A DNA stretch of 64,000 nucleotides from Diplonema japonicum (GCA_964019335.1 OZ025710.1:440299-504298); one strand, 5' to 3'; shown: positions 1 through 13,063, counted from the first letter of the stretch. A program made the numbers and translations. The notes: generated by a model from the sequence alone, not told the origin.

Positions 1-13
1 CTGGGCACCTCGA

Positions 14-81
<68 letters not shown>

Positions 82-1960
82 ACAGCAGTGATTTTTGAGA
101 ACTTTTTTTTTCTGGCAAAAAAAAAAAAAAATTCGTTCATCTTTCATTTTTATTTCACAGCTTCCCCCCCCTCTCCAGCAAAAAAAAGAGAGAAAAAAAA
201 AATAACAGAAAAAGAAAGGCTTTTTAAAAAAAAAAAAAGAAATAATTTCAAAATAGAACGAAGGTAAAAGAGGAGAGGAGGGGAGTAAAGAAAAGGAAGA
301 GAAAAAAAAAAAAAGAAGGAGTCCCTTCTCTTATACCCTTTTTTCGTGATCTTCGCTGCCACCCCTCATTTTTTTATTTCCCCCCCCTTAATTAGTACCC
401 CTTGTGGATTAAGGAAGTACTAATTATAACACCCTCATTCCCCCACCCCTTCTGATTTCGCGAGCACCGGAGTACCCCTTGATGATAGTAATGGCAAGGT
501 TGGCATTGCGCTTTACAAAGCTACCTTAAACGCTGCCGAGCAAGTTTATTTCTCTTTTATTTTCCCTTCTCCGTGACTGGTTTTTCAGCAATACCAATGT
601 AGGGGGAGGGGGAATAAATGAAAAAAAAGTGCGAAAATAAACCATAAAAAAGAAATCCCCCCCCCCCCCCCCAACTTTGGGAAAGTAAACAACTAAACAG
701 CGCCTTTTGACTTTTTTCTCGTTTACGTGATTCCCGCGTAGTTCCCCTTTCCCCTGTATGCAAGTATGTAAGCCGCCCAGTGGAATTTTTTTTTTTTTTT
801 TTTTTTACCGTACCGGTCTGACTCCTGTGCCCTTTTTTTCTTTCTTTTTTCTTAGAGACAAAAAAAAAAAAGAATAAAAAATATATGTGGTGGTGGTCTT
901 TTTTTTTTTAATTTTTATTTTTATTTTTTTTTTTTCCTCTCTCGGTGGTTGGGTTACAATTCCCCCATCATTGTGAGGGGAAGAAGAAGGGAAGATATAT
1001 AGTAGCATATAAAGTACCTCAGTCAGTGGGGGGGGGGGGGGGGGAAATGGGATTTAAAAAATAAAAAAAATATACCGCGTGCAGAAAGGCTCTCTGTAAA
1101 ATTCTACAAGAGTGGCCTTTCTCCCGAGAAACCCTTTTATTTCCTCTTTTTTTTTTCACTTCTCCTTTTCGGTCTTTCGTCCCTTTGTTCTCCTTTCTTT
1201 CATCCCCCTTATATGTTGTGAGAGTTTTAAGGCTTTTTTTTTTTTTTTTTTTTTGGTTGGTTCCTTTGTTGAGGTCTTAGCTTTCCCCACTGAAGGTACA
1301 CAAAAGGGAGGGAAACATAGGTAATATACCAGCAAATCAAACAAGAAACTAGGTTATGGGTTTTTGCTTGTGGTGTGCAGCCACCGTCTACTCTTTTGGT
1401 TGGCTGCAGCAGGAAAGGCAACACTAATTAATGTCAATAAGAAAAAAACTTGCTTTTAGGTCCGGCAAGCAGGTTTCGGGGAGAAAAAAAAATGGCTCTG
1501 CCCCCTTTTTCCAATGTGACTTCTCTTCTTTTCTTTTTTTTTTTTTTTCCGTTGCTGTTCCTCTATTTTTTTTTGTCTAATAATAACTACAAAAAAAAAT
1601 GCGAAGAAAAAAAAAAAAAAAAAAAAAAAAGGCTCTTAATAATAACTACCATCTGCCAATACCACACTAAACGGGTCAAGGGGGCCCCTGGGTTACCAGG
1701 AGGCCTTCTGCTTAGATGGCAAACAACAATGATTCCTAAAAGTAGGAATTGAAGTTTCTTTTTTGTGTCAGAATGCGAGCTTTCTACCTACCTATCTCCT
1801 GACCCTCTTAAGTGTCCCTCCCTTCCCCCTTTAGAGCTTTCTGTATTTTTATGGCAAAGCAGGGGGGAGAGGAAGATGAAGGATGAAGAGGGATATTTTC
1901 TTATTATTCTTTTTTCTCGTTGCTGTCCTTCGACCGTGTCCAGAAACACGAGTTTGGCCT

Positions 1961-1994
<34 letters not shown>

Positions 1995-2459
1995 TTTTCT
2001 CTTTTTTTTTTTTTCTTTTTTTGTGCGGGAAGAACAAAGGAAGTATTAAAAAAAAATCTTTTTTTTTATTGTTCCTTTTCTTTTTTTTTTCTTCTTCCTG
2101 CCTTGATGTATGATAAACCATTAAAACTGAAAGGCCACAAGACTTAGATTCTTATATTAAAAAAAAGTGGAGGATTTTTGCCATATACATAAATTCTGAT
2201 GATAAGATGGGGAAGAAGGAGTGGAGTTTTTGTTAAGTGAATGATGAGCACCCACCCGCACACTGAAATTTATCTTTTTTATTTTTTTTATTTTTTTATT
2301 TTTGGCAAGGAGATCTTACACATGTTGTCGATATGCTAACTTCAATTTTACTGGCAACAAAAAAAAAGGGGTCCTTTTAGGGGGGGTTTTTTTTTTCCCC
2401 TCTTTTTTTTTTTTTTTTTTTTAGGCGTCCTGCCACATACCGCAGGTACCCTTAAATGT

Positions 2460-2512
<53 letters not shown>

Positions 2513-4337
2513 GATTCGGTATCTTTCCATTTCTTTAAAAAAAAAAAAGCCCTTTTGTTTCTCGCCAGCCAACAAAAAAAAAAAAAAAAAAAAAAACCGT
2601 CAAGTTATTTTTCTTTTTGGGCAGCGGAAAAAGGTCCCCCCCTCCCTCCCCTAATTTCCAGGCTTATCTGTTACTTCTCCGGTTCAGTTGCGTTCGGCCC
2701 CCTCTGCCGCCACCTTGTTTTTACATTTTTTTTCTTTGATAGGCCGTTACCAGCACTCCCCCCCCCCCCCCCCCCTCATAGTGATTTTCTTCTTTAGAAG
2801 ATTATCGCACACAGAAGCAGCAAGCTCAAGTGATGTTTTTTTTTTTTTTTTTTTTAACCTTAAAATGCCTCTTTTCCTGACTTTTTTTACTACTTCTCTC
2901 GACATCTTCTTCGCCAAAGAACGGTTACACTACTGCAGGGGAGGGGGGGTATGTTGGCAAGGAAACGTGTTACCGTAGCTGGTTTCCTTATTATTCAGAA
3001 GAAATCGTGTTCCCTTCTTTAAGAAAAAGCCCCCAAAAATAAGGAAACGTGCTTCCATTCCGTATCTGTTTCTTTTTTTTTTTTTCAAAAAATACTTGGG
3101 AACACGTTCTTGCCAACATAGCTAGCCCTGGGGGGGGGGGGGGGTGTTAGAGAAAAAAATATGCACTCCCATCCCATTTCCTTGATCGTTATTCTTTTTT
3201 TTTTTCTCTTCTTTCAATGGGAAAAAAAAAAAAAAAAAAAAAACTCAAACAAAAAAAAGGGGAAAAAAAAATATCAGTAGTAAAGAAGAAGCATTGTTTT
3301 TAGTTTTTTTTTTTTTATAGAAATTAACTAAAAATAGTCTATCTTCTCGCACTGAGCAACCAAAAAAAAAATAATAATAATAATAATAATAATTCAAAAG
3401 TCACCCAACTAGGTGCGCAAACAAAAGAATTTTTTTTCTTTCCTTTTTTTCGTTTAATAAAAAGAAAAATGTAAGAGGTACAGCACGGCCACACGGTTCT
3501 TTATCAACAGCAACAAAACCAAATCTGTTGTTCTCTCTGGTGTTGTTTTATTTATCGGGGGGGGGGGGGGGGGGGTTGTTATTTGGTGGAGATCAGAAAC
3601 CCTCCCCTTCCCATTCTTTTTTTTGGGGGGATCTTTTTTACACAATTCTGCGCATAGTCAATTTCGATTTAAAAAAAAAAAAAGATATCTGTTTTTTTTT
3701 TGTTGAAAACTAATGCTTCACAACACCATTCCACACCACCACCAGTATCGGTCTTGGGTGCGATGAACGGCTTTGCATTCGTAAATGTAAAGAAAAAAAA
3801 AGGAAAAAAAAACTTTTTTTCGATACATGCACGCAGGAAGGTTTAGGACACCCCCTTTTTTTTCTACAACCAAACAAAAAATAATAACTTTTCTGATCAA
3901 TTTTCAAAAAAAAAATGAAGAAGGAAAAAAAAAAGGGGGGAAAAAAAAAGAAAAGGCTCACAGAAAGAAAAAAAAAAGAGAGAAAGAAAATAAAGAAGGG
4001 GTTGTGGAAAGAACAAAATATTTAGGCCCCCCCCCGCCGTACGTTGTTCCTGTTTAGCTGAAAGGGGGAGGGGGGGAAAAAAATGAAGGCCGGAAGAGGA
4101 TGGATCATGCATTACGTGAGGGGTGGTACAGAAAGAAATACAAGATTTTTTTTTCCCCTTCGAGGATGAACCCCAGAGGACGAACGAAAAAGAAGAAAAA
4201 AAAACCATCCAAAAACCTTGCCCATCCCCAGGTGCCTTTTTGCGATTCTAAATCCCCCTCCCTCTCCTTCTCTGATTCTAAATCCCGCCCCTCTCCAAGA
4301 GGCAAACTTTGAACTTTTCTTTTCCGTGTGTTGTTTT

Positions 4338-4378
<41 letters not shown>

Positions 4379-4405
4379 CTCCGCATACCTAAAAGAATAG
4401 TTTCT

Positions 4406-4452
<47 letters not shown>

Positions 4453-4634
4453 TCCAGAACAAAAAAAAAAACGGAGGAAGCGAGACCTCATCCTTCACCC
4501 CTCCCCCTTGTTAGCGGTGTTGCAGGTGGTTGCAAATCCTTCTGCCACACAGCACTCCAGTAAATGCTCTTTCTATCGAGAAAGAACCTTGTGGCGCGCT
4601 GTCAAGGAGAAAAAAAAAATAAATAAAAACCGAA

Positions 4635-4667
<33 letters not shown>

Positions 4668-4820
4668 CTAAAGCCTCTTTAGAACACCTGTTTTTGACTT
4701 CTCCCCAAGGTGTGTCCTGAGCAACACAAGGACACACAGATCCCGTTCACATCATCGACCTTTTCTCGTCAAGGGCTTGTAGGACGGCATTCAAAAAACT
4801 CGTTTCTAGAGGTGCTTCAA

Positions 4821-4862
<42 letters not shown>

Positions 4863-4973
4863 CAAAGCTGGGAAAACCACCGAAGAAGGAAAAACCGCTG
4901 TTAAAGGGGGATGCAGGTAGTGGATGAGAACAAGGGGGGCGTCTCTCAAAGACCTCCTTTTAACTCATGTATT

Positions 4974-5020
<47 letters not shown>

Positions 5021-5568
5021 CCCTTTTTCTGTAGTTGCGGGTAGGGACCCCCAAAGTCATACAGTATTTTTATTATTATTATTATTATTATTTTTTTTTA
5101 ATCTCCCTGTAATAAGGAGAAAAATATTGTAATTAAAACCAAATAAATAAAAGGAAGAAAAAAAAGGGGGGGGGTTAAGTTTTGTATGTCCATTGCACGT
5201 TTTGTTTTTTCTTCTTTTTCTTTTTCCTCCATGGTTGTTGTGACCACTCCCCTATGTGTTTCCTGCCCCCTTTTCCCCGTTATTTTATTCAAGCTGATAT
5301 ACTGGGTCTCGAAGAGAAGGGAGGAACCCCACCGCTTGTCTTAAGATGTCATGTTTTGTGCACCATGTGCCGTGGACGCAGATAAGGAAAAACCCCTCTT
5401 CTTCATTTTGTAGTGCTTTTTTTTTTTTTTTTTTTTTTTTTATCTCTGAAAAAAAAACGGACTATTAATGTAATGAAAGAGTATGACGGTGTGAAGGAGT
5501 ACCCTGAAGGGGTCTTTGCATCGATCTACCTGTCAAACAACAAATATCCCCTTCCCTTCCCTATCCCC

Positions 5569-5607
<39 letters not shown>

Positions 5608-5726
5608 CTCTTTGCGTCCTCAAGTGAATCGATTTTTTTAATTTTTTTTTTTAAAGGGGTAAAAGTCAACATTCAGTTCACAGTCTCTTGTGAAACCGTA
5701 TTCCTACTTTTTCCTCAAAAAAAAAA

Positions 5727-5758
<32 letters not shown>

Positions 5759-6470
5759 AAAGGAGAACGGGAAGAAATAAGAACCAGGAGCTAAGAAGGG
5801 ACGAAAACCCCCCCAAAAAAAAAGGAAGGAAGAAGAAACCTCCTTCTGTTGCCCCCACTCTCGCTTCCTCCCCTTTTTTTTTTCTCCTTTTTTTCTTTTC
5901 TTTCTACCCCCCCTTTTTTTTATTCCCACGAAGATCTCTGGGAGTGACATGAACAAAAGTACAGAAGTTCAAGAAACTAATCGAGAAGACGAACATGTAT
6001 GACATGCATTGTGCGAGGTAAAAGGTAGCCTTTCTAGTCGTAGAACTTGAGAGTGATATCCCTATGGCCATACTCACGCTGAAGGTCACATAAGAAACTG
6101 ATATCTGCAACGAAAGTGAGGCTCCAGAACGAGAGGACCAAGAGAGACTGACGCCCTAGGGGCGGTCCTCATGTGGGATTTGCCTTAAGCATCGCCTTTT
6201 TTTTTTCTTCTTTCCCCTCCCCCTTTTTTTTTTCTCCTCATCTTTTTCCTTTTATTTCTCTATGGCGCTGGTCTGAAGAATGGCTTCACACCTATGCTTA
6301 CCCCCCCCCCCCTCCCCTACCCCCACCTCCTCGTTCCTTCCCTTCCCCTCCCCTGGCAGCGCGCATTTCGTCAACCACACGCTGCGTGCCGCTTTTTTTA
6401 CTTTTCTTTTTTTTTTTGTTGTACCAAATAAGCAAAATCCTCACACAAAAGCACATATACAACAACAACA
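1..6470. repeat. Low-complexity intergenic region of poly(T), poly(A), poly(G) and poly(C) tracts
   Basis: Many homopolymer runs of 10-60 nt. ORFs here translate only to poly-F/poly-K and no credible gene is visible. Confidence 0.85.
2936..3130. mobile_element. Possible ~195-bp MITE remnant
   Basis: Imperfect terminal inverted repeat: CAGGG..TATGTTGGCAAGGAAACGTGTT (2936-2971) versus AACACGTTCTTGCCAACATAGCTAGCCCTG (3101-3130). Internal AAACGTG-like motifs recur. No target-site duplication seen. Confidence 0.35.
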
Positions 6471-6489
6471 ACAACAACAAAAAAGAAAA

Positions 6490-8031
6490 ATGAAAATGAC
6501 CGCCCCAAGAGCGGTGGTGTTGCTGGCACTGGCAGCATCGTGCAAGGCGATGACAAGGGAGGAGGTCCTCGACTTTGTCATCGAAAACAAGTGCACCGAA
6601 CCCAAAGGTGTGCTCGACCCCGCCTCGCCCCTATGCACCAAGTCTGAGAACATCGCAGCAGGGGACCCAGTGTTCTACTTGAGGACCGACCGCCTTAACG
6701 CGCAGGCGATGCACTCGTTTCTCAGCCAGAACTACAAAGGTGACGACCGCATCGTGTCGACCATGGAGTTCGGGAATGTGGGCACGACTACCGAGACCTA
6801 CCAGTCCTTCCACGAAATGACCTACAATAGAATGATATCCGGCAAAGAGTACTGGTACAGAGACGGTGGGAACTTCATGGAGATCGAGGGCACGCACTCA
6901 TCCTACGTCGGGACTCAGGACCCCAACTACCCGCAGAGGTTTTGCGGGAGCCCGGTAGAGACCCCAACAGGTTCCCAATGCTCCTGCACGGACGATGCTT
7001 GGCTCCTGTTCCCGAACAACATCGTGAAGGAGGCGCCGCCGGTGGCGGATATCAACTGGCAGAACATCGTGTCCGACAGTAACCCTACGCCATGCGGCAC
7101 CGGGAAGACACAGACCGTAACCACCTCCTATCTCGGGCCGGTTCAATACCTCGGTTACAAAAAGCCTCTCGACACCATTGTGTCCTCGCACAAAGTAGGA
7201 ACTACGAAGGCTGCGATAGAGAGGCAATTTTATACAAAGGAGTACGGGCACACGAAGTGGGAGGCGTGGTGCAAGGACGAGTCACCGAACTCGGGATGCG
7301 AGGCGAAAGCTTTAACCTCTTGGTGTTCGGGCCCCGACACGGAAGGTGAATGGAAGAGGTACGACTGCAGGGAATGGACGAACATCAGGTCCCTTCCTGA
7401 AGAGAAGCAAGGCATTGGGTACAACCTCCGTTCCATCAACTTCGAGCTACCGCCCCATCTGTGGGACGCGCCTGACTTTTTGATCAGCGCAATGGGGAAT
7501 GTTGTCATCAACGGCGATGGAGGGATCGGCACCATGCAGTACTGGAGTGTGCAGAACAATCCCAACTCGAACTCTGTGCAAGTTGTGGACATGCCGCACG
7601 TTTACAACTCGACAGGTGAAGCGTCCTTGACGGACCACAACACAGTGTTCAAGTTCACGGATGTTGGTGGGGCGTACACCTTCGGGCCCACGTCTCTTGC
7701 ATCCATGCGTCCATTATTATGGCAACAGCCATCGCTCAAAATCACTTTCGGTTTCGATGTGAAGCTTGCGTCGTCGGACTCCACCACAGGCGTAATCCTC
7801 AATTACGCAGTGGACGTCTATAAAAATGGATTGCCGACGACCCTCGGAACAGGGAACATTCAATGTGTGGTGGGTGTCAGCCCCAACTGGCAGAGGTGCA
7901 GCCACTCATACACCTTTTCTCTCCCGTCTTGGCAAAAGGGCGACACCTACGGACTTGCCTTGTACATACAGAAGACTACCGCTTCTGGTGAATTCTATGT
8001 TGATGACATCTTTGTTCAACCTGTTGTTTAG
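6490..8031 (+). CDS. Secreted Cys-rich 513-aa protein with C-terminal CBM4/9-like beta-sandwich, copy 1
   Basis: Signal peptide MKMTAPRAVVLLALAASCKA. The C-terminal NVVINGDG...W...WQRCSHSYTF...EFYVDDIFV pattern resembles galactose-binding-like CBMs. The start is set by identity with the other copies. Intronless. Confidence 0.85.
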   Translation: MKMTAPRAVVLLALAASCKAMTREEVLDFVIENKCTEPKGVLDPASPLCTKSENIAAGDPVFYLRTDRLNAQAMHSFLSQNYKGDDRIVSTMEFGNVGTTTETYQSFHEMTYNRMISGKEYWYRDGGNFMEIEGTHSSYVGTQDPNYPQRFCGSPVETPTGSQCSCTDDAWLLFPNNIVKEAPPVADINWQNIVSDSNPTPCGTGKTQTVTTSYLGPVQYLGYKKPLDTIVSSHKVGTTKAAIERQFYTKEYGHTKWEAWCKDESPNSGCEAKALTSWCSGPDTEGEWKRYDCREWTNIRSLPEEKQGIGYNLRSINFELPPHLWDAPDFLISAMGNVVINGDGGIGTMQYWSVQNNPNSNSVQVVDMPHVYNSTGEASLTDHNTVFKFTDVGGAYTFGPTSLASMRPLLWQQPSLKITFGFDVKLASSDSTTGVILNYAVDVYKNGLPTTLGTGNIQCVVGVSPNWQRCSHSYTFSLPSWQKGDTYGLALYIQKTTASGEFYVDDIFVQPVV

Positions 8032-8240
8032 AAAAAAACAGAAATTTCTGTTTCTTTTCTGGTGAGCGGAAGAAAAGGAAGGGAAAACGAGTGAAATTGG
8101 CCTCCTGGAACTGAAAATAATTTGGAACCAGGAGCCAAGAAAATCCTCTTTTTTTTTCTCCTATACTTCTTAATCTTCTTCTTTTTCCCTCGACCTGTTT
8201 CCCTCTATTTCTACCACACCCACATTTATTTATAACTATT

Positions 8241-8706
8241 GGCCCGCAGGGCCCGAGTGCAAAAAAACGGGTAACGAGAGTTAAATAATGGCTCATTTGG
8301 CGGCAAGTAAGTCGTTTTATTTCACTCTTCGTCATTTGAGTCACTCACTCTTCACTGCTTTCACTGCTGTTTTTTTTCACGCAGGTCAGCCTTTTTGGGG
8401 AGTTTCCTAAGGTAATATGGGGTTGCTATTTCGCCGTAGCATTTAAAGGGGAAGTAAGGCACTTATTCCCACTTTTAAGGGCTGGAATGGCCTCAGATGG
8501 CCAAAAATAGTCAAAATACGCCCACCCCAAAAAAATTTTTCAAGGGGTTGGGTGCATTTTTTTCCACGGCGAGACTCATTTTTCCACTCTGAAGGGCCAT
8601 TATTTAACTGCAAAATCTCATTATTTAACTAGTTAAATAATGGCCATTTCGCGTTAAATAATGAGGCCCCTAGTGAGTGAAGAAAATGACGAAGAGTGAA
8701 ATAAAA
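8241..8706. mobile_element. Palindromic non-autonomous element (left hairpin arm deleted), unit 1
   Basis: Near-identical to 24496-24960. Internal inverted repeat TTTTATTTCACTCTTCGTCATTT...AAATGACGAAGAGTGAAATAAAA. Confidence 0.75.
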
Positions 8707-9005
8707 TTATATATAATTTTTTTCACTTGAATTCAATTTTTTTCCTTTAAACCTTAATGACTTTTCGTCGGGGCATGAAAACCTTCACGGGATAGAAGAA
8801 ACACTCCTGCTGCAGGTTGGCTCCCTTCAAATTTTTATTATAGTTGCTTGTACGCCAGGCGGTTTATAAGCAACCAAAGTCATTCTTCTATTTATTATTA
8901 TTATTATAAGCCATAAAAACAAGCATCCCCCACCCACAAAAGCACACACACACAAACACACAAAGAAAAAAAAAAAGAAAAAAACAAAGAAAGAAACAAA
9001 GAAAA

Positions 9006-10547
9006 ATGAAAATGACCGCCCCAAGAGCGGTGGTGTTGCTGGCACTGGCAGCATCGTGCAAGGCGATGACAAGGGAGGAGGTCCTCGACTTTGTCATCGA
9101 AAACAAGTGCACCGAACCCAAAGGTGTGCTCGACCCCGCCTCGCCCCTATGCACCAAGTCTGAGAACATCGCAGCAGGGGACCCAGTGTTCTACTTGAGG
9201 ACCGACCGCCTTAACGCGCAGGCGATGCACTCGTTTCTCAGCCAGAACTACAAAGGTGACGACCGCATCGTGTCGACCATGGAGTTCGGGAATGTGGGCA
9301 CGACTACCGAGACCTACCAGTCCTTCCACGAAATGACCTACAATAGAATGATATCCGGCAAAGAGTACTGGTACAGAGACGGTGGGAACTTCATGGAGAT
9401 CGAGGGCACGCACTCATCCTACGTCGGGACTCAGGACCCCAACTACCCGCAGAGGTTTTGCGGGAGCCCGGTAGAGACCCCAACAGGTTCCCAATGCTCC
9501 TGCACGGACGATGCTTGGCTCCTGTTCCCGAACAACATCGTGAAGGAGGCGCCGCCGGTGGCGGATATCAACTGGCAGAACATCGTGTCCGACAGTAACC
9601 CTACGCCATGCGGCACCGGGAAGACACAGACCGTAACCACCTCCTATCTCGGGCCGGTTCAATACCTCGGTTACAAAAAGCCTCTCGACACCATTGTGTC
9701 CTCGCACAAAGTAGGAACTACGAAGGCTGCGATAGAGAGGCAATTTTATACAAAGGAGTACGGGCACACGAAGTGGGAGGCGTGGTGCAAGGACGAGTCA
9801 CCGAACTCGGGATGCGAGGCGAAAGCTTTAACCTCTTGGTGTTCGGGCCCCGACACGGAAGGTGAATGGAAGAGGTACGACTGCAGGGAATGGACGAACA
9901 TCAGGTCCCTTCCTGAAGAGAAGCAAGGCATTGGGTACAACCTCCGTTCCATCAACTTCGAGCTACCGCCCCATCTGTGGGACGCGCCTGACTTTTTGAT
10001 CAGCGCAATGGGGAATGTTGTCATCAACGGCGATGGAGGGATCGGCACCATGCAGTACTGGAGTGTGCAGAACAATCCCAACTCGAACTCTGTGCAAGTT
10101 GTGGACATGCCGCACGTTTACAACTCGACAGGTGAAGCGTCCTTGACGGACCACAACACAGTGTTCAAGTTCACGGATGTTGGTGGGGCGTACACCTTCG
10201 GGCCCACGTCTCTTGCATCCATGCGTCCATTATTATGGCAACAGCCATCGCTCAAAATCACTTTCGGTTTCGATGTGAAGCTTGCGTCGTCGGACTCCAC
10301 CACAGGCGTAATCCTCAATTACGCAGTGGACGTCTATAAAAATGGATTGCCGACGACCCTCGGAACAGGGAACATTCAATGTGTGGTGGGTGTCAGCCCC
10401 AACTGGCAGAGGTGCAGCCACTCATACACCTTTTCTCTCCCGTCTTGGCAAAAGGGCGACACCTACGGACTTGCCTTGTACATACAGAAGACTACCGCTT
10501 CTGGTGAATTCTATGTTGATGACATCTTTGTTCAACCTGTTGTTTAG
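9006..10547 (+). CDS. Secreted 513-aa protein, copy 2
   Basis: Translation identical to copy 1. Confidence 0.85.
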   Translation: MKMTAPRAVVLLALAASCKAMTREEVLDFVIENKCTEPKGVLDPASPLCTKSENIAAGDPVFYLRTDRLNAQAMHSFLSQNYKGDDRIVSTMEFGNVGTTTETYQSFHEMTYNRMISGKEYWYRDGGNFMEIEGTHSSYVGTQDPNYPQRFCGSPVETPTGSQCSCTDDAWLLFPNNIVKEAPPVADINWQNIVSDSNPTPCGTGKTQTVTTSYLGPVQYLGYKKPLDTIVSSHKVGTTKAAIERQFYTKEYGHTKWEAWCKDESPNSGCEAKALTSWCSGPDTEGEWKRYDCREWTNIRSLPEEKQGIGYNLRSINFELPPHLWDAPDFLISAMGNVVINGDGGIGTMQYWSVQNNPNSNSVQVVDMPHVYNSTGEASLTDHNTVFKFTDVGGAYTFGPTSLASMRPLLWQQPSLKITFGFDVKLASSDSTTGVILNYAVDVYKNGLPTTLGTGNIQCVVGVSPNWQRCSHSYTFSLPSWQKGDTYGLALYIQKTTASGEFYVDDIFVQPVV

Positions 10548-10756
10548 AAAAAAACAGAAATTTCTGTTTCTTTTCTGGTGAGCGGAAGAAAAGGAAGGGA
10601 AAACGAGTGAAATTGGCCTCCTGGAACTGAAAATAATTTGGAACCAGGAGCCAAGAAAATCCTCTTTTTTTTTCTCCTATACTTCTTAATCTTCTTCTTT
10701 TTCCCTCGACCTGTTTCCCTCTATTTCTACCACACCCACATTTATTTATAACTATT

Positions 10757-11222
10757 GGCCCGCAGGGCCCGAGTGCAAAAAAACGGGTAACGAGAGTTAA
10801 ATAATGGCTCATTTGGCGGCAAGTAAGTCGTTTTATTTCACTCTTCGTCATTTGAGTCACTCACTCTTCACTGCTTTCACTGCTGTTTTTTTTCACGCAG
10901 GTCAGCCTTTTTGGGGAGTTTCCTAAGGTAATATGGGGTTGCTATTTCGCCGTGGCATTTAAAGGGGAAGTAAGGCACTTATTCCCACTTTTAAGGGCTG
11001 GAATGGCCTCAGATGGCCAAAAATAGTCAAAATACGCCCACCCCAAAAAAATTTTTCAAGGGGTTGGGTGCATTTTTTTCCACGGCGAGACTCATTTTTC
11101 CACTCTGAAGGGCCATTATTTAACTGCAAAATCTCATTATTTAACTAGTTAAATAATGGCCATTTCGCGTTAAATAATGAGGCCCCTAGTGAGTGAAGAA
11201 AATGACGAAGAGTGAAATAAAA
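10757..11222. mobile_element. Palindromic element, unit 2
   Basis: Copy of 8241-8706 at +2516. Confidence 0.75.
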
Positions 11223-11521
11223 TTATATATAATTTTTTTCACTTGAATTCAATTTTTTTCCTTTAAACCTTAATGACTTTTCGTCGGGGCATGAAAACCT
11301 TCACGGGATAGAAGAAACACTCCTGCTGCAGGTTGGCTCCCTTCAAATTTTTATTATAGTTGCTTGTACGCCAGGCGGTTTATAAGCAACCAAAGTCATT
11401 CTTCTATTTATTATTATTATTATAAGCCATAAAAACAAGCATCCCCCACCCACAAAAGCACACACACACAAACACACAAAGAAAAAAAAAAAGAAAAAAA
11501 CAAAGAAAGAAACAAAGAAAA

Positions 11522-13063
11522 ATGAAAATGACCGCCCCAAGAGCGGTGGTGTTGCTGGCACTGGCAGCATCGTGCAAGGCGATGACAAGGGAGGAGGTCC
11601 TCGACTTTGTCATCGAAAACAAGTGCACCGAACCCAAAGGTGTGCTCGACCCCGCCTCGCCCCTATGCACCAAGTCTGAGAACATCGCAGCAGGGGACCC
11701 AGTGTTCTACTTGAGGACCGACCGCCTTAACGCGCAGGCGATGCACTCGTTTCTCAGCCAGAACTACAAAGGTGACGACCGCATCGTGTCGACCATGGAG
11801 TTCGGGAATGTGGGCACGACTACCGAGACCTACCAGTCCTTCCACGAAATGACCTACAATAGAATGATATCCGGCAAAGAGTACTGGTACAGAGACGGTG
11901 GGAACTTCATGGAGATCGAGGGCACGCACTCATCCTACGTCGGGACTCAGGACCCCAACTACCCGCAGAGGTTTTGCGGGAGCCCGGTAGAGACCCCAAC
12001 AGGTTCCCAATGCTCCTGCACGGACGATGCTTGGCTCCTGTTCCCGAACAACATCGTGAAGGAGGCGCCGCCGGTGGCGGATATCAACTGGCAGAACATC
12101 GTGTCCGACAGTAACCCTACGCCATGCGGCACCGGGAAGACACAGACCGTAACCACCTCCTATCTCGGGCCGGTTCAATACCTCGGTTACAAAAAGCCTC
12201 TCGACACCATTGTGTCCTCGCACAAAGTAGGAACTACGAAGGCTGCGATAGAGAGGCAATTTTATACAAAGGAGTACGGGCACACGAAGTGGGAGGCGTG
12301 GTGCAAGGACGAGTCACCGAACTCGGGATGCGAGGCGAAAGCTTTAACCTCTTGGTGTTCGGGCCCCGACACGGAAGGTGAATGGAAGAGGTACGACTGC
12401 AGGGAATGGACGAACATCAGGTCCCTTCCTGAAGAGAAGCAAGGCATTGGGTACAACCTCCGTTCCATCAACTTCGAGCTACCGCCCCATCTGTGGGACG
12501 CGCCTGACTTTTTGATCAGCGCAATGGGGAATGTTGTCATCAACGGCGATGGAGGGATCGGCACCATGCAGTACTGGAGTGTGCAGAACAATCCCAACTC
12601 GAACTCTGTGCAAGTTGTGGACATGCCGCACGTTTACAACTCGACAGGTGAAGCGTCCTTGACGGACCACAACACAGTGTTCAAGTTCACGGATGTTGGT
12701 GGGGCGTACACCTTCGGGCCCACGTCTCTTGCATCCATGCGTCCATTATTATGGCAACAGCCATCGCTCAAAATCACTTTCGGTTTCGATGTGAAGCTTG
12801 CGTCGTCGGACTCCACCACAGGCGTAATCCTCAATTACGCAGTGGACGTCTATAAAAATGGATTGCCGACGACCCTCGGAACAGGGAACATTCAATGTGT
12901 GGTGGGTGTCAGCCCCAACTGGCAGAGGTGCAGCCACTCATACACCTTTTCTCTCCCGTCTTGGCAAAAGGGCGACACCTACGGACTTGCCTTGTACATA
13001 CAGAAGACTACCGCTTCTGGTGAATTCTATGTTGATGACATCTTTGTTCAACCTGTTGTTTAG
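11522..13063 (+). CDS. Secreted 513-aa protein, copy 3
   Basis: Translation identical to copy 1. Confidence 0.85.
   Translation: MKMTAPRAVVLLALAASCKAMTREEVLDFVIENKCTEPKGVLDPASPLCTKSENIAAGDPVFYLRTDRLNAQAMHSFLSQNYKGDDRIVSTMEFGNVGTTTETYQSFHEMTYNRMISGKEYWYRDGGNFMEIEGTHSSYVGTQDPNYPQRFCGSPVETPTGSQCSCTDDAWLLFPNNIVKEAPPVADINWQNIVSDSNPTPCGTGKTQTVTTSYLGPVQYLGYKKPLDTIVSSHKVGTTKAAIERQFYTKEYGHTKWEAWCKDESPNSGCEAKALTSWCSGPDTEGEWKRYDCREWTNIRSLPEEKQGIGYNLRSINFELPPHLWDAPDFLISAMGNVVINGDGGIGTMQYWSVQNNPNSNSVQVVDMPHVYNSTGEASLTDHNTVFKFTDVGGAYTFGPTSLASMRPLLWQQPSLKITFGFDVKLASSDSTTGVILNYAVDVYKNGLPTTLGTGNIQCVVGVSPNWQRCSHSYTFSLPSWQKGDTYGLALYIQKTTASGEFYVDDIFVQPVV

Noticed and set aside
5950-6160. Higher-complexity, coding-like stretch upstream of the array
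   Set aside because: Interrupted by stops and no recognisable motif. It may be a decayed element but I cannot support a call.
1-6200. Many 60-180 aa ORFs on both strands in the left region and in other intergenic regions
   Set aside because: They are poly-F/K/G/P translations of homopolymer tracts with no coding signature.
6280-6489. 70-aa N-terminal extension on array copy 1 (583-aa ORF)
   Set aside because: Low-complexity, absent from the six other copies, and it would bury the signal peptide. ATG 6490 is preferred.
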